From positions 448,572 to 512,571 of IMG/VR virus record IMGVR_UViG_3300028654_000001: a stretch of DNA of 64,000 nucleotides; one strand, given 5' to 3'. Both the position numbers and the translations under genes were made by a program. Of this stretch, positions 44,223 through 54,579 are shown one piece after another; the first letter of the stretch is position 1; each line of letters starts with the position of its first letter. Below the pieces are notes generated by a model. It ran no database searches and had not been told where the DNA came from. It saw nothing but the letters and a program-made list of their open reading frames with translations.

Positions 44223-46045
44223 TGCGCACAATTGCAAGGGCCCCTGAGTGGGTTCTAGGAAGCAAACCTCCACTAAGTGGAGGTCATATGTGGGTTCCAC
44301 TTGGATCGACAGATCTAGTACCGCGCATCAATACCACTACTGGAATTATTGACAGCACAATTACAGTAGTAGGTGACCCTCAAGCAATAGTATGGGATGG
44401 GGGATCCTACATGTATGTGGCTGAAAAGGATAGTCAACTAGTCCAAAGAGTTAGTATCTTCAGATTAGCTATGGACACTACTACTAACATTGGGTCCCAT
44501 CCGGTTGAACTGGCTTGTGACGCCAACTTTGTGTATGCGGTTGGCGATGAGAACACACTCACCAGAATAAATATACTATCGGGGACCATCTTAGAGTCGG
44601 CTATCAATTTTAGTGGTAGTGATGGTGTCCCCAACAAAGTGGCCTGGGGCGGCAGCGATAGCATGTATGTCACTGCCAATAATATTAACCCAAACACGAA
44701 TAACCTCCTGAAAGTCTCGACGTCAAGCTGGCTTGACTTTTCTTCAATACGTTTACTGAACGCCCCCAACCCGTGGGGTGTTGCACGGGATGGATCAGAT
44801 CACATATACACAGCGAATTTTGGTCAAGGAACTGTCTCGAGGATCATTGCCTCCACTGGGGTCCTTGACCTGGTCATTCCTGTTGGTCAATCTCCAATTG
44901 ACCTTACATGGGATGGGGGTTCCTACATCTATGTAGTGGACCAGAGTGGGTCAGTTTACAGAATTCTGATCTCAACGGGAGTTGTTGACTCAATCATTCC
45001 TGTTGGAGAAAACTCATATAGGATCGCGTGGGATGGTGCAGATCATATGTATGTCACTAACAGTGGCACCAACACGGTATCACGTATCCTGATCTCTTCA
45101 GGAGCTGTTGATGCAACCATTAGTTTGGGTACCTCTAGCCCCTCAGGTATTGCATGGGATGGTGGTTCCTACATGTATGTTGCCTTTGAAAGCCCTGCAA
45201 ACATAGTCAAAAGGATTTTGATCTCTTCCGGTGCCGTAGTAGGTGGGTCTATCCCTGTGGGTAACGAACCAGTTGTTATTGCATGGGATGGTGGTTCCTA
45301 CATGTATGTTGTTAACCAAAATGACAACACAGTTACCAGGATAGCTATATCAGACTTGAGTACCACTACGATCATTAGTGCTGAAACCAACCCCTTCGGT
45401 GTTGCATGGGATGGTGGTTCCTACATGTATGTCGTTGGTCGTGGTGGGAATACTGCTCACCGGATTCAAGTATCGACGGGTTCTCTACTTGGCACTGCAA
45501 TAACACTTGGGAACTCTCCACGTGCTATCATGTGGGATGGTGGAACCCAGATGTTCGCTGTCAATAGTGTTGACGCTACAGTGTCCAGAATAGATATTAC
45601 CGGAACACCCTCAGTTGACATGACCATCCCGCTTCTCAACGACTTTGAGGGTGTTGCATGGGATGGCTCAGATCACATTTATGTGGTTAGTTCATTAACC
45701 AACCAAGTGATCAGAATCACATTGTTAGATAGTATTGATGCTAGGATCTCTGTAGGGAGTACTCCAAGGAAAGCCGCGTGGGATGGTGCAGATCATATGT
45801 ATATTACCAACTCAGGTGACGGAACCGTTTCACGTATACTAATCTCTTCAGGAGAGGTTGACGCCACTATCACTGTTGGGACAAGCCCAGATGAGATCGC
45901 ATGGGACGGAGCGGATCATATGTATGTGAACAACAGAGGTAGTAACAATGTTTCACGTATACTAATCTCCTCTGGAACGGTTGATGCCACTATTAGTGTG
46001 GCTGGTGTCCCGAGTGGCCTCGCATGGGATGGCCCTCTAAGGTAA
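44222..46045 (+). CDS. YVTN/YncE-like beta-propeller repeat protein
   Basis: ~14 repeats of P..IAWDG..YMYV.N....VSRI; consistent with two 7-bladed propellers. Confidence 0.85.
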   Translation: MRTIARAPEWVLGSKPPLSGGHMWVPLGSTDLVPRINTTTGIIDSTITVVGDPQAIVWDGGSYMYVAEKDSQLVQRVSIFRLAMDTTTNIGSHPVELACDANFVYAVGDENTLTRINILSGTILESAINFSGSDGVPNKVAWGGSDSMYVTANNINPNTNNLLKVSTSSWLDFSSIRLLNAPNPWGVARDGSDHIYTANFGQGTVSRIIASTGVLDLVIPVGQSPIDLTWDGGSYIYVVDQSGSVYRILISTGVVDSIIPVGENSYRIAWDGADHMYVTNSGTNTVSRILISSGAVDATISLGTSSPSGIAWDGGSYMYVAFESPANIVKRILISSGAVVGGSIPVGNEPVVIAWDGGSYMYVVNQNDNTVTRIAISDLSTTTIISAETNPFGVAWDGGSYMYVVGRGGNTAHRIQVSTGSLLGTAITLGNSPRAIMWDGGTQMFAVNSVDATVSRIDITGTPSVDMTIPLLNDFEGVAWDGSDHIYVVSSLTNQVIRITLLDSIDARISVGSTPRKAAWDGADHMYITNSGDGTVSRILISSGEVDATITVGTSPDEIAWDGADHMYVNNRGSNNVSRILISSGTVDATISVAGVPSGLAWDGPLR

Positions 46046-46063
46046 ACCAACCAAACTTGTGAC

Positions 46064-46531
46064 TTACTTTTGGAATGGTAGCACTCTAACTAAAACCTCT
46101 TGAAACTGTGGGTTACTTAATGCCCCAAATCTCTTCAATCTAATGAGTCTCATACAAGTACAACCTGAGTTCCCAGTAAGAAAGTGAAGGGCGAGGGCAT
46201 TTACGAGACCTGACCGGTTAAGTCCAGCCATGCACGTTGTCAAAACATTTTTCCCACTATGAACCGCGGCAGCAATCTCTTTACTTGTACTGATAGCCCT
46301 TAGAAGCTCATTACGGGTTGGCTCTCTGAAGGGGTCATCAGCATTAGGGGAGTAGATCACCGAAACGGAATCAGGAAATAGTGATCTTGGGGGCTGCCAT
46401 TCCTCAGCACACAAAACTAATACATTGAAGTTATACCTAACCAAGTATTTTGAGATGGAATGCCTGGAACCTTGCCATAGGTTTGGTACAATCTCGCTTA
46501 GGTCTTCAATCTTACCCATGCCAACTACCAT
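46064..46531 (-). CDS. dual-specificity (CX5R) phosphatase
   Basis: EIVPNLWQGS, VLTTCMAGLNRSG, NPQF. Confidence 0.88.
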   Translation of the reverse strand: MVVGMGKIEDLSEIVPNLWQGSRHSISKYLVRYNFNVLVLCAEEWQPPRSLFPDSVSVIYSPNADDPFREPTRNELLRAISTSKEIAAAVHSGKNVLTTCMAGLNRSGLVNALALHFLTGNSGCTCMRLIRLKRFGALSNPQFQEVLVRVLPFQK

Positions 46532-46612
46532 ACTAACACTCTAGATACTAGGTATCAACTGAGCCCTTGTTAAGAGAACAATTTTTCAATAAACCTTTGA
46601 CATAAGGTTGTT

Positions 46613-47236
46613 GTGACAGAACCAAAAGCACCCCCACCGCGGCCAATGAACCAGTTTAGAGCTACAGGTACCCACTATGATTTACCTAAAAGGGAACCAG
46701 ATCTTGAGATTGTTGATGTAGGGGCTCGTCAGGAATTACAAGAGCTCAACAGACAACTTGAGTTAGTCAGAGAGAATAACGAAGAGCTAGAGAGAGAGAA
46801 CAAGGATCTTGAGCACAAGGTTGACATACTCACAATCCGCCTCAATAACTTTGAATTCTCTACACTTGAGCGCCTGGCTAAGCCAAGTCAAAGCTCGCTG
46901 CCGGCCTCAACCAGAATCAAGAAGTGGACAGTAATAGGAAGTATCATTGCAGCTCTGATAGCAGCAGGCGGAGCAGTCACCTCTTCGGTCATCAATAGTA
47001 GGTCGAACACTCTAAGCAAAGCTCAATTGGCTACTCAAGCTGATGAGACCAGAAGACTCATTTCAGCCGCACAAAAAAGTACAGAAGAGTCATTCAATGC
47101 GGGTGCTCGAGAAGGTGCTCGTTTGACTGCGATTGATTATGAAAAGAACAAACCCATCCCACCCATCAAGAAACCACCAACACCTGTAAAAAAGAGAGTG
47201 GCACCAAAGCCTCCGGTAGTAATCCAGGTACCTTGA
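46613..47236 (+). CDS. coiled-coil membrane-anchored protein
   Basis: Heptad region, TM IGSIIAALIAAGGAV, Pro/Lys tail. Confidence 0.55.
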   Translation: MTEPKAPPPRPMNQFRATGTHYDLPKREPDLEIVDVGARQELQELNRQLELVRENNEELERENKDLEHKVDILTIRLNNFEFSTLERLAKPSQSSLPASTRIKKWTVIGSIIAALIAAGGAVTSSVINSRSNTLSKAQLATQADETRRLISAAQKSTEESFNAGAREGARLTAIDYEKNKPIPPIKKPPTPVKKRVAPKPPVVIQVP

Positions 47237-47261
47237 TGCCACTCGTCACTTAGTCAACTCG

Positions 47262-48911
47262 TTAGAGTTGAACTTGATTGATAGTCTCGATCCAGTGCCC
47301 ATTGCCTGTACCAGTGATGAACGCGTTCATCACTTTGAACACCTCATCGCTAAAACCCCCGATGTTGAGAACATCAACATTATCCTTCACTTGGGTGGTC
47401 GTGTGCGGGGTGATGTCAATGCAAACGAGCTTTGCATTCGGGTTACGGGTCTTGAGCTTCTCCCATTCGTCAGCCATTGAAGTCGGCTTCGGGCCTCGAC
47501 TCCCCCAGTAGGATTCATAGACCCTACCCATCCCGCCACCATGACTCCATGACTCATAATCGGAAACGAAGATCACAACATCTACCTTCCTATTATCTTT
47601 GTTCATCACCTGTAGAGGAGAGGCACAGTTCGTGGACCCACCGCCGACTGCCGCAAGAATCCCGGCGTTCTTCATGATGGTGTTGTTTGAGTTCAACTTC
47701 ACATCAGTCCGAACATCACCTTCGAACGGGTACACTTGAGCACGAGGATTCTTCCTCAGCAAGCAGGAAGAGATCAAAGCTGCCACATCGACACACATTA
47801 CGGTGGTTGTTGAGCCCTTTCGCTCACCCGTAACCGGGCTCCGCATTGACCCAGAGACGTCCGTGCAGATAGCTACCTCGAGACCCTCGAAGGCAGGAAC
47901 GTTAACCGTTGCCACCTCCATAGCTACCTCGAGAGCATGCTCAATCTCCTTGGGCATGTTGACCGGCTTCTCATCCTTGTGCCAGGTGCTACCCTCATTG
48001 ATGGCTTTGTAAGCCGTCATGATCTGGTATGGAAAGACATTCGCCTTCCTGATGAGATCCGTATGGTTTAGCTTCTCTACCACTAGCTTCACCATCTTGG
48101 GATCAGTGAAGACACCGTGACGAGCAAAGGTGTTGAGACTCCTGAAAGTCTGGAACCAAGAAGCCTTAGTAGCCACAGCTTTCCAGTCCTCCGGGCTTAA
48201 CTGGAGACCGAGCAGCATCTCGAAAGGTGCGTTCGGTATCTCACCTACCGGGGAAGCCTTGAAGGCCTCATACGAGGCAATCAGAGCTGGCACGGCCTCA
48301 CTCACAGTGAAGGGCAGACCTTCGAACTTACCCTCCTTCTTACCGATCAGGTAAGCATAGAGGGCAGACCTCTGAGCGGACGTCGGGGCTACCCGAGCCA
48401 TCTTTACGATATCACCCAGGGTCGGTTTATCACCAACTGACTGGAAGAAGATCTGCTCATCAGTCCTGGAATTAAACCAGGCCGTGACCATTCTCTTGAG
48501 CCGCTGAGCTGACAGATTATGCCGCCCAAAAGACCCAGACCGGATCATCTGCGCGAAGTTACGCAGCATCTTGCCATTATTGATGACCCTCGGGAACACC
48601 TGAGCACAGAGGTCAGGATCCCTAGCTGCTAGGTAGGAGACCAGGGCTGCCGGCATGTCCTTCATGAACCCACTCTCGCGGGCATAGACTGCCACCTTGG
48701 CCAGGAACAATGGATGTGCCTGACGTGCAAGGGTCAGAACCTGAGCCAACTGATCTTCGGCCTTCGTGTAATAAGTGTTGTTAAAACAACCAGTTACACT
48801 TAACTGTGCAAGAGCCGCTTCAGCTTCCATGCTGTAGGCCGCCGCCCCAGCATAGTTCACTACCGTCGCATCTTGGACAGACTTACGCCCTGCTTTCTTC
48901 GACGACTTCAT
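47262..48911 (-). CDS. Ro60/Rsr TROVE-domain RNA-binding protein
   Basis: LAQLSVTGCFNNTYY, AVYARESGFMKDMPA, GKMLRNF, VFPYQ, VWA DVSGSM, GGGSTNC, SDYESW, IGGFSD. Confidence 0.95.
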   Translation of the reverse strand: MKSSKKAGRKSVQDATVVNYAGAAAYSMEAEAALAQLSVTGCFNNTYYTKAEDQLAQVLTLARQAHPLFLAKVAVYARESGFMKDMPAALVSYLAARDPDLCAQVFPRVINNGKMLRNFAQMIRSGSFGRHNLSAQRLKRMVTAWFNSRTDEQIFFQSVGDKPTLGDIVKMARVAPTSAQRSALYAYLIGKKEGKFEGLPFTVSEAVPALIASYEAFKASPVGEIPNAPFEMLLGLQLSPEDWKAVATKASWFQTFRSLNTFARHGVFTDPKMVKLVVEKLNHTDLIRKANVFPYQIMTAYKAINEGSTWHKDEKPVNMPKEIEHALEVAMEVATVNVPAFEGLEVAICTDVSGSMRSPVTGERKGSTTTVMCVDVAALISSCLLRKNPRAQVYPFEGDVRTDVKLNSNNTIMKNAGILAAVGGGSTNCASPLQVMNKDNRKVDVVIFVSDYESWSHGGGMGRVYESYWGSRGPKPTSMADEWEKLKTRNPNAKLVCIDITPHTTTQVKDNVDVLNIGGFSDEVFKVMNAFITGTGNGHWIETINQVQL

Positions 48912-49093
48912 GATTATCTCTCCATTTCCACCGAAGTGGAACAAGTTGCCCCAATAATTGAGGACCGTCACTTATACACTACCTTTTGAGACGTGCAAGG
49001 TAAAATCGACAGGAACCTCAAAAAGGGTTATCCCACAATGTGGCCAAGTTATGAAAATTACTTGACTTTTTGAGACGCCCTTCGGTGTAGAGA

Positions 49094-50026
49094 GTGGACA
49101 TGGCTGAAGATCCGTCCACCCTGATAGGCCAGGGAGTTGCTGACGCTTTAGGAATGCCCTTCGAAACCCGGAAACCGGATGATCCTTTCCTGGTCAACTG
49201 GGATGGTACTTATCAGGCTAGTGAGTATCATCAACTAAGACCTGGACAGTGGACTGACGATACAATGATGGCCAAGATCGTCATGGAGAGCCTATACATC
49301 TGTGGTGGGTTTTACCCAAGGGACATCGCCCAAAGGTACCAACACTGGTACCTCGCTGGTCCTCTACGAGGCATGGGGACTACCACAAAGAAGGCAATGC
49401 AGAACCTTCGAGCTGGAATGTCTTGGAGCGAAAGTGGGATAGTTGGGGCTGAAGGAAACGGAACAGCCATGAGGGCAGCTCCGTTCGGAGCATTTTACCA
49501 AGAGGATCCTTTTACGGCTGCCCAGTTCGCTCGGATGGAAGCCAATATTACTCACAAGTCTCTTGAAGCTGAGGAGGGTTCCGCCGCGGTAGCTGTAGCC
49601 GTCTCCCTACTCTGGACAGGAGCGGAACCTAAGGAAGTTGTTGCAAAAACGATGGAGTACCTTCGGGAGTCTAAGGTGAAGCTTGCTTTGAATAGGCTTG
49701 TGTTCTATCAAAAAAGCAATGACGTCTCCGCCAGTGAAGCCCTCAAACTCTTTGGTACAAAGGCACACGTTGTTCAAACTGTACCATCAGCATTCGCAGC
49801 CTTTGTCCTCACGGCTTCTTATGAAGAAGCCGTTCTCACATCCATTAGATCGGGAGGGGACACGGATACAACAGCCGCCATTGCTGGGGCCCTTGCCGGA
49901 ACCTACTACGGATTCAAGGCCATCCCTAAAAAGTACCGAGAAGGACTCGAGGACTGGGAACATCTGAGAAAGATTGAGTCCAAGATTAACGTTGGGCCAA
50001 ATACCAGTGTTCTCTGGAGACTATGA
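49094..50026 (+). CDS. ADP-ribosylglycohydrolase (DraG/ARH family)
   Basis: ADALGMPFE, WTDDT, GNGTAMRAAP, ITH, GGDTDTTAAIAGALAG. Confidence 0.95.
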   Translation: MDMAEDPSTLIGQGVADALGMPFETRKPDDPFLVNWDGTYQASEYHQLRPGQWTDDTMMAKIVMESLYICGGFYPRDIAQRYQHWYLAGPLRGMGTTTKKAMQNLRAGMSWSESGIVGAEGNGTAMRAAPFGAFYQEDPFTAAQFARMEANITHKSLEAEEGSAAVAVAVSLLWTGAEPKEVVAKTMEYLRESKVKLALNRLVFYQKSNDVSASEALKLFGTKAHVVQTVPSAFAAFVLTASYEEAVLTSIRSGGDTDTTAAIAGALAGTYYGFKAIPKKYREGLEDWEHLRKIESKINVGPNTSVLWRL

Positions 50027-50031
50027 GTTAG

Positions 50032-50103
50032 AGACCCCAGGGGGGTTCGAACCCCCGCATATGGAGTTAGAGTCCGGTGTTCTGCCAATTGAACTATGGG
50101 GTC
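50032..50103 (-). tRNA. amber suppressor-type tRNA(CTA)
   Basis: Acceptor GACCCCA/TGGGGTC, D and T arms canonical, loop CT-CTA-AC, only 3-bp anticodon stem. Confidence 0.75.
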
Positions 50104-50108
50104 GTGAA

Positions 50109-50288
50109 TCATTTTTTCACTGGTGGATCTGATGGAAGACTCTTAATCTTCGCACGCGCTAACTTCCATGCCTTAGTTACCACCCACGAAAGTGATCTCT
50201 CAAGCCGTGCAGCCTCAGACTTAATTTCGTCATGCATATCTGTAGGAAAGTAAAGACTTTGCTTCTGATTATTGTTGGCGTCAACCAT
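50109..50288 (-). CDS. TIGR04563 (MXAN_4361/4362)-like small ribbon-helix-helix protein
   Basis: 59 aa, not in ORF track: KQSLYFPTDMHDEIKSEAARLERSLSWVVTKAWKLARAKIKSLP. Confidence 0.8.
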   Translation of the reverse strand: MVDANNNQKQSLYFPTDMHDEIKSEAARLERSLSWVVTKAWKLARAKIKSLPSDPPVKK

Positions 50289-50296
50289 GTGGTTGA

Positions 50297-50617
50297 CTAT
50301 ACCCCAAAGGCTAGGGGTAGGTTACTCAAAAGTGATCTGGCTTTCGGTTCGAGAGCTAGAGCGGTCAGTTCATTATCACGATCGGGCTCTCGAAATAATG
50401 AACATCGAACACCCATTCGACTAGCCTTGGAGGCTAGTCGAATTAGATCTTGTTCGTCCGGCACAACAAGGAGTGCCAAGGTGTTCGAGCTCGAGTGCCA
50501 CTGAGAGGCCCGCTCCTTGTGCTCAACAAGAAACTCAGTCATCGCATGACAGGCTTGAACTGCTTGTTGTCCAAGAGGTAAATCTAAACGGGTCACAAGA
50601 TACAGCTTCTCTGCCAT
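50297..50617 (-). CDS. peptidyl-tRNA hydrolase PTH2-like protein
   Basis: KLYLVTRLDL..GQQAVQACHA..FREPD..LTALAL. Confidence 0.8.
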   Translation of the reverse strand: MAEKLYLVTRLDLPLGQQAVQACHAMTEFLVEHKERASQWHSSSNTLALLVVPDEQDLIRLASKASRMGVRCSLFREPDRDNELTALALEPKARSLLSNLPLAFGV

Positions 50618-50790
50618 GGGCCAACCTCAGATAAAGGGCTTAAAATCCTCAATAGGACCTAGATTAAACCGAGTCACCTTCGAATTCACGCTGGGGGAGA
50701 AGATCTCAAAAAGCTTCGCCAACCAATCGATCTTCGACTGCTTCTTCTGGGACTCTCCCTGAAGCTTGGCAATCTCTTCGGATACGGTGG

Positions 50791-51861
50791 TCATGCTGCC
50801 TCTTTAGCTGCCTGGAAGGCTTGCTGCATTCCCTCTACGGAATGCTCGAACCACTTGTCTTCCACGTGGCTTCCGTCCTTGTAGATAACCAGCTTGATGG
50901 GACCTGTTTGCATCCCCCACTCCAGGTTAATTAGGATCCCTTCCTTACTCTTGTGCGTCACAATATTACGACAATAGCGCTGCTCTTGCACCTTGAAGTG
51001 GGGACACCAATTCTCGTGAGTGACACCAATTCCACAATGAGCTTCAGGGGAAAGAGCGGGATCCTTCACGAGCTCTATGTAGGCCAGGTACAGCGGGTCT
51101 TCAGCCTTGAACTTAGCCATCCTCTCATCGTACAGGCGTTGGGATTCAGCTTGCTGCTCTCGATGAACCCTCTCTTCTTCCGAAACCTCCTCGCGGACTA
51201 GGATCAGGTTAGGACCCTCTCGACGGAAGATTTTGGTTGCCCTCCACTCTCCTGGCTGGGCTACCTCCTCTTCGTCATCGTCATCGGTTTCAGTGGAGTA
51301 GGTCTGGATGGTTCCGTCCACTTCGAAGGTAGGCCACCTGCCATCCTCGTAGCAACACTCGTCACATTCAAGGACGGGCCACCCATTCATTGGGTCCGAG
51401 AAGTCATAGAACCGGAACTCGTAGGGGCACGCCCAACAGCAACCAAGGACTGTGAGGAGCTTGGTTCTCGGGTCCAATCGGTGCTTAACCCAACAGAAGC
51501 CCCAGCCATGCTCAGCCTCTTCAGGCAAGGAGTCCTTCCGCTTCCCGGTGTCCAACTCGAGCACGGTGCTCCCTTGGTAGTCAGCACCACAGACCAGATA
51601 CGGGTGTCCGTTCGGATGACCTATCCAAGAAAATGGGAACTGAGAGTAGTTCCGCTGAACCTCAAACAGAGGCTTGTCTTCGCCGACGCGGTAGACAAGT
51701 CCTTGAGTGAAGTCCCAACACCCTTCCTTCGTTGAGTAACTTCGGATGACAAGCTTGAACTTCCCATCCGGTGAGAGGTGCTCAGTGAACTTGTCACTTG
51801 CATTCTCGGGCTTGAAGTACTTGGCGAGTTCAGCCAGTCTTTCTTCATACTTGGTAGTCAT
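50791..51861 (-). CDS. hypothetical protein
   Basis: Long ORF, coupled to upstream gene. Confidence 0.65.
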   Translation of the reverse strand: MTTKYEERLAELAKYFKPENASDKFTEHLSPDGKFKLVIRSYSTKEGCWDFTQGLVYRVGEDKPLFEVQRNYSQFPFSWIGHPNGHPYLVCGADYQGSTVLELDTGKRKDSLPEEAEHGWGFCWVKHRLDPRTKLLTVLGCCWACPYEFRFYDFSDPMNGWPVLECDECCYEDGRWPTFEVDGTIQTYSTETDDDDEEEVAQPGEWRATKIFRREGPNLILVREEVSEEERVHREQQAESQRLYDERMAKFKAEDPLYLAYIELVKDPALSPEAHCGIGVTHENWCPHFKVQEQRYCRNIVTHKSKEGILINLEWGMQTGPIKLVIYKDGSHVEDKWFEHSVEGMQQAFQAAKEAA

Positions 51862-52328
51862 GCTGCCGCAACCTCGGTTCTCCAAACAGGGGCCGCGCCG
51901 CCGTCAATCCAAGATTTGATCTGCTCCTCAGTAATCGATGACTTGGGTAGGTACCGATCCAAGCACATTTTGAACAGGTATGTTCCCGGGAGGCAATCGT
52001 TCCCTGCATGATTTGGCTCAATCTTCGAGAACTTACGTCCTCGAAGCATCCCGTAGACCAAGAGGAGGTACCTGGCATCGTAACCAATGTCCCGCTTCTT
52101 GCTCCAAAGCTTGCTGCGTTCTTCACCGGTCTCAGGCCGTCGAAAAGGTGCAAGAGCCCGTTTTCCCTTGATTCTACGTCCCAGCTCATCCCGTTCAGAA
52201 CGAATCTTTTGGATCTCCGGAAGAGATCCTTCTCGCCACTTGAGCGAGGATATACTGGTACGAACCTGATTGCTCTTTGCAATCAATTCACAAACGTCAC
52301 TCTTTAGCTGCTGTATCACGGTATTCAT
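51858..52328 (-). CDS. conserved phage hypothetical protein
   Basis: ARYLLLVYGMLRGRKFSKIE; SD AGGAG. Confidence 0.65.
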   Translation of the reverse strand: MNTVIQQLKSDVCELIAKSNQVRTSISSLKWREGSLPEIQKIRSERDELGRRIKGKRALAPFRRPETGEERSKLWSKKRDIGYDARYLLLVYGMLRGRKFSKIEPNHAGNDCLPGTYLFKMCLDRYLPKSSITEEQIKSWIDGGAAPVWRTEVAAA

Positions 52329-52522
52329 CACACTAACTCCTTTTATTCTTGCAATTTCTGGTTGGAAGAGCAAGAAGGAGTGGTGGGCCGCGAGCACTAG
52401 CTAGCTGACAAAGGGCCGGATGTACCTACGTGAATTTTGACATGGTCTGGTTTTCGAAGGTTGACAGGATACTAACTACTCTACCCCGAGTTGTCAACAG
52501 GGCTGTTCCTGAAAACCCCTTA

Positions 52523-53932
52523 TCATGGGATTCCTTCGGAATTTGAAGCTATGCCAAGTTTCCTATTTGGAGATACCTTGGTAGTAAGCTTCCGGCTCGG
52601 AGCTACGAGCTCGTCTGACAGCCTTCCAGAGGAACTGTCCCGGCGAAGCCGGTATCGCTCTCTCAAGAGGGCCTTCACTTCGGAGGGGTAATCATCGAGA
52701 CCAATCTGTTTGTCCTCGGAACGTCCGAGCAAATTGATCCCTCCAACCACATCCGCGTGTGAAATCCTGCCGCATCCACGGCATCGAAACCTTGTCCCAG
52801 ATCGGTTTGACCTGGAGATGTACCCACATGAGGGGCACATCTGTGATGAATAAGCTGGGTTTACTACAATTGTAGGAGCCTTCGTGCTTAATGAGTGATG
52901 CAAGGCCCGATAAGCAAATCTCTTTTGACCACTACAACCAGAAAGATTCAGATCCTCAATGACGAAAGCATGACCTGGATACTTAGTAACTAGTTTGTTA
53001 GCAACAGTACCCGTTGCTGTCTTGATCAAACCCGATAGTTGATCTTCGAGACGGTTCAACCTAGGAGAGTTCTCTTTGAAACCTTGTCGTTGTCGATTGG
53101 CTCGAAGAGCTCTTACTCTCGTATAGAGTTCATTAAACCTAGGCTTAATGGAAGCCCCATAAAGATCCCCTTTAGATGTAGCCGCTATTACATTGAGACC
53201 AATATCAACCCCAATCCTTGGCATCCCAGGATAAAATTTAGGCTCTTCGATGATCTTCTTCTCTAGGACCTCAACTCGCCAACGACCCCTTTTGTCCTTA
53301 CGGATGAGGCACCCGTTGACGATCTCTTCTGGGGACTTGATGTGAGGGTTAGCTACAATTGGAACCCAAACCCGATGATTTTTCTTGAGGTTTGAGAATC
53401 CAAGCCACCAGGGAGAGAGCCTTGTTTCATTGACCTTGATGTCGCTCGTATGGATCGACATCCGTATCCCGATTCGGTTCGAAGACGTAGGACTCTTCCC
53501 ACTTACCTTTGGATCAAGTAAAAGAGACCAATAGAGGTCAATGGCTTCTTGAGTGATTATATCTGTTGGCCGGTCTACGTTGTACTTCCCGATAGTGAAG
53601 AGTTGAAAGCGGATGGCCTCAATGATCTGATCTTCTTTGAAGAATTTCTTTATGTGCTTCTTGATTCTTCTGGTATACAGAGAAGTCGTCCAAGTTAGAA
53701 CTATTTCTACGGCGTGCTGTTGACAGGCCATCACGAGATTGGTTGAAAGAACCTTCTCGACTGGGAAGAAACGAAGGATCTCTCCGCGAGGGACACGCAT
53801 CCTCCTGGATTGAATCATCAAGTCAATACAGGATTGAAGATACCGACGATATTCGATATGAAGGGCTTCGAGAGCCTGGATTTTTTCTGAGTTGGTCTCA
53901 GGGTGAAAGTAGAGGACGCGGGAGCGCTTCAC
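52523..53932 (-). mobile_element. tnpB: TnpB (IS200/IS605-family RNA-guided nuclease), no TnpA
   Basis: RuvC-I IGVDIGLN, RuvC-II VIEDLN, AYSSQMCPSCG..FRCRGCG, RuvC-III HADVVGGINL. Confidence 0.9.
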
Positions 53933-53975
53933 ACTAAGTGTAATCGATAGAGAGGTTATTGGTGTACTTCACAAA

Positions 53976-54353
53976 GTGGCTGACTTCTACAAGCTAAACG
54001 GAAAAGTAGCAGTTCCGATTGATACAGACGAATACATCCGGTGGCTTATTGATGATCCAGACCACGGGAGGAGGGTAGTAGCCTTCAACGAGTTCAATAA
54101 CAGAGAGGTCAGGGTATCGACGGTCTTCATACTTGGAATCAACCATGCGTTCGGTGAAGGGGACCCGCTCTTATTCGAGACCATGATCTTTGAGGGTACG
54201 ATGGATGGCTATCAGGTTAGGTACTCAACTTGGGAGCAAGCCGAAGCTGGTCACGCAGCAGCTCTAGAAGAACTGTTCAAGCAAATGCCTGAGATCAGAC
54301 CACCTATAGAAGGGTACGCCACCAGATTTGAAAGGATCCTTAGAGATGATTGA
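53976..54353 (+). CDS. conserved phage hypothetical protein
   Basis: VSTVF..PLLFETMIF..RYSTWEQAEAGH; GGTGTA promoter. Confidence 0.7.
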   Translation: MADFYKLNGKVAVPIDTDEYIRWLIDDPDHGRRVVAFNEFNNREVRVSTVFILGINHAFGEGDPLLFETMIFEGTMDGYQVRYSTWEQAEAGHAAALEELFKQMPEIRPPIEGYATRFERILRDD

Positions 54354-54579
54354 AACGATCTCTACCACGGAGTTGGCGCTACTCTTTGCTAAGTATCGCC
54401 AGAATGTCAAAATTAGTTGCGACGATGAGCATGCTCACTCGGCTGTTGATGGGTGTTTGTCCCCCAAGGAAAATGTAGGGGCCGATGAAAGGGACGTGAC
54501 TATTTGTAAGCTCTGTGAGATCATACTCCGAGAGCGACGAATAGCCAAAGACCTTCTTTCTAAGATAACTGGTGATTGA
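54346..54579 (+). CDS. hypothetical protein
   Basis: Overlap-coupled ORF. Confidence 0.45.
   Translation: MIETISTTELALLFAKYRQNVKISCDDEHAHSAVDGCLSPKENVGADERDVTICKLCEIILRERRIAKDLLSKITGD

Noticed and set aside
44380-46035. CRISPR or DGR-like repeats (GCATGGGATGGTGGTTCCTACATGTATGT)
   Set aside because: Repeats are the coding blades of a beta-propeller; no reverse transcriptase or adenine-specific variation
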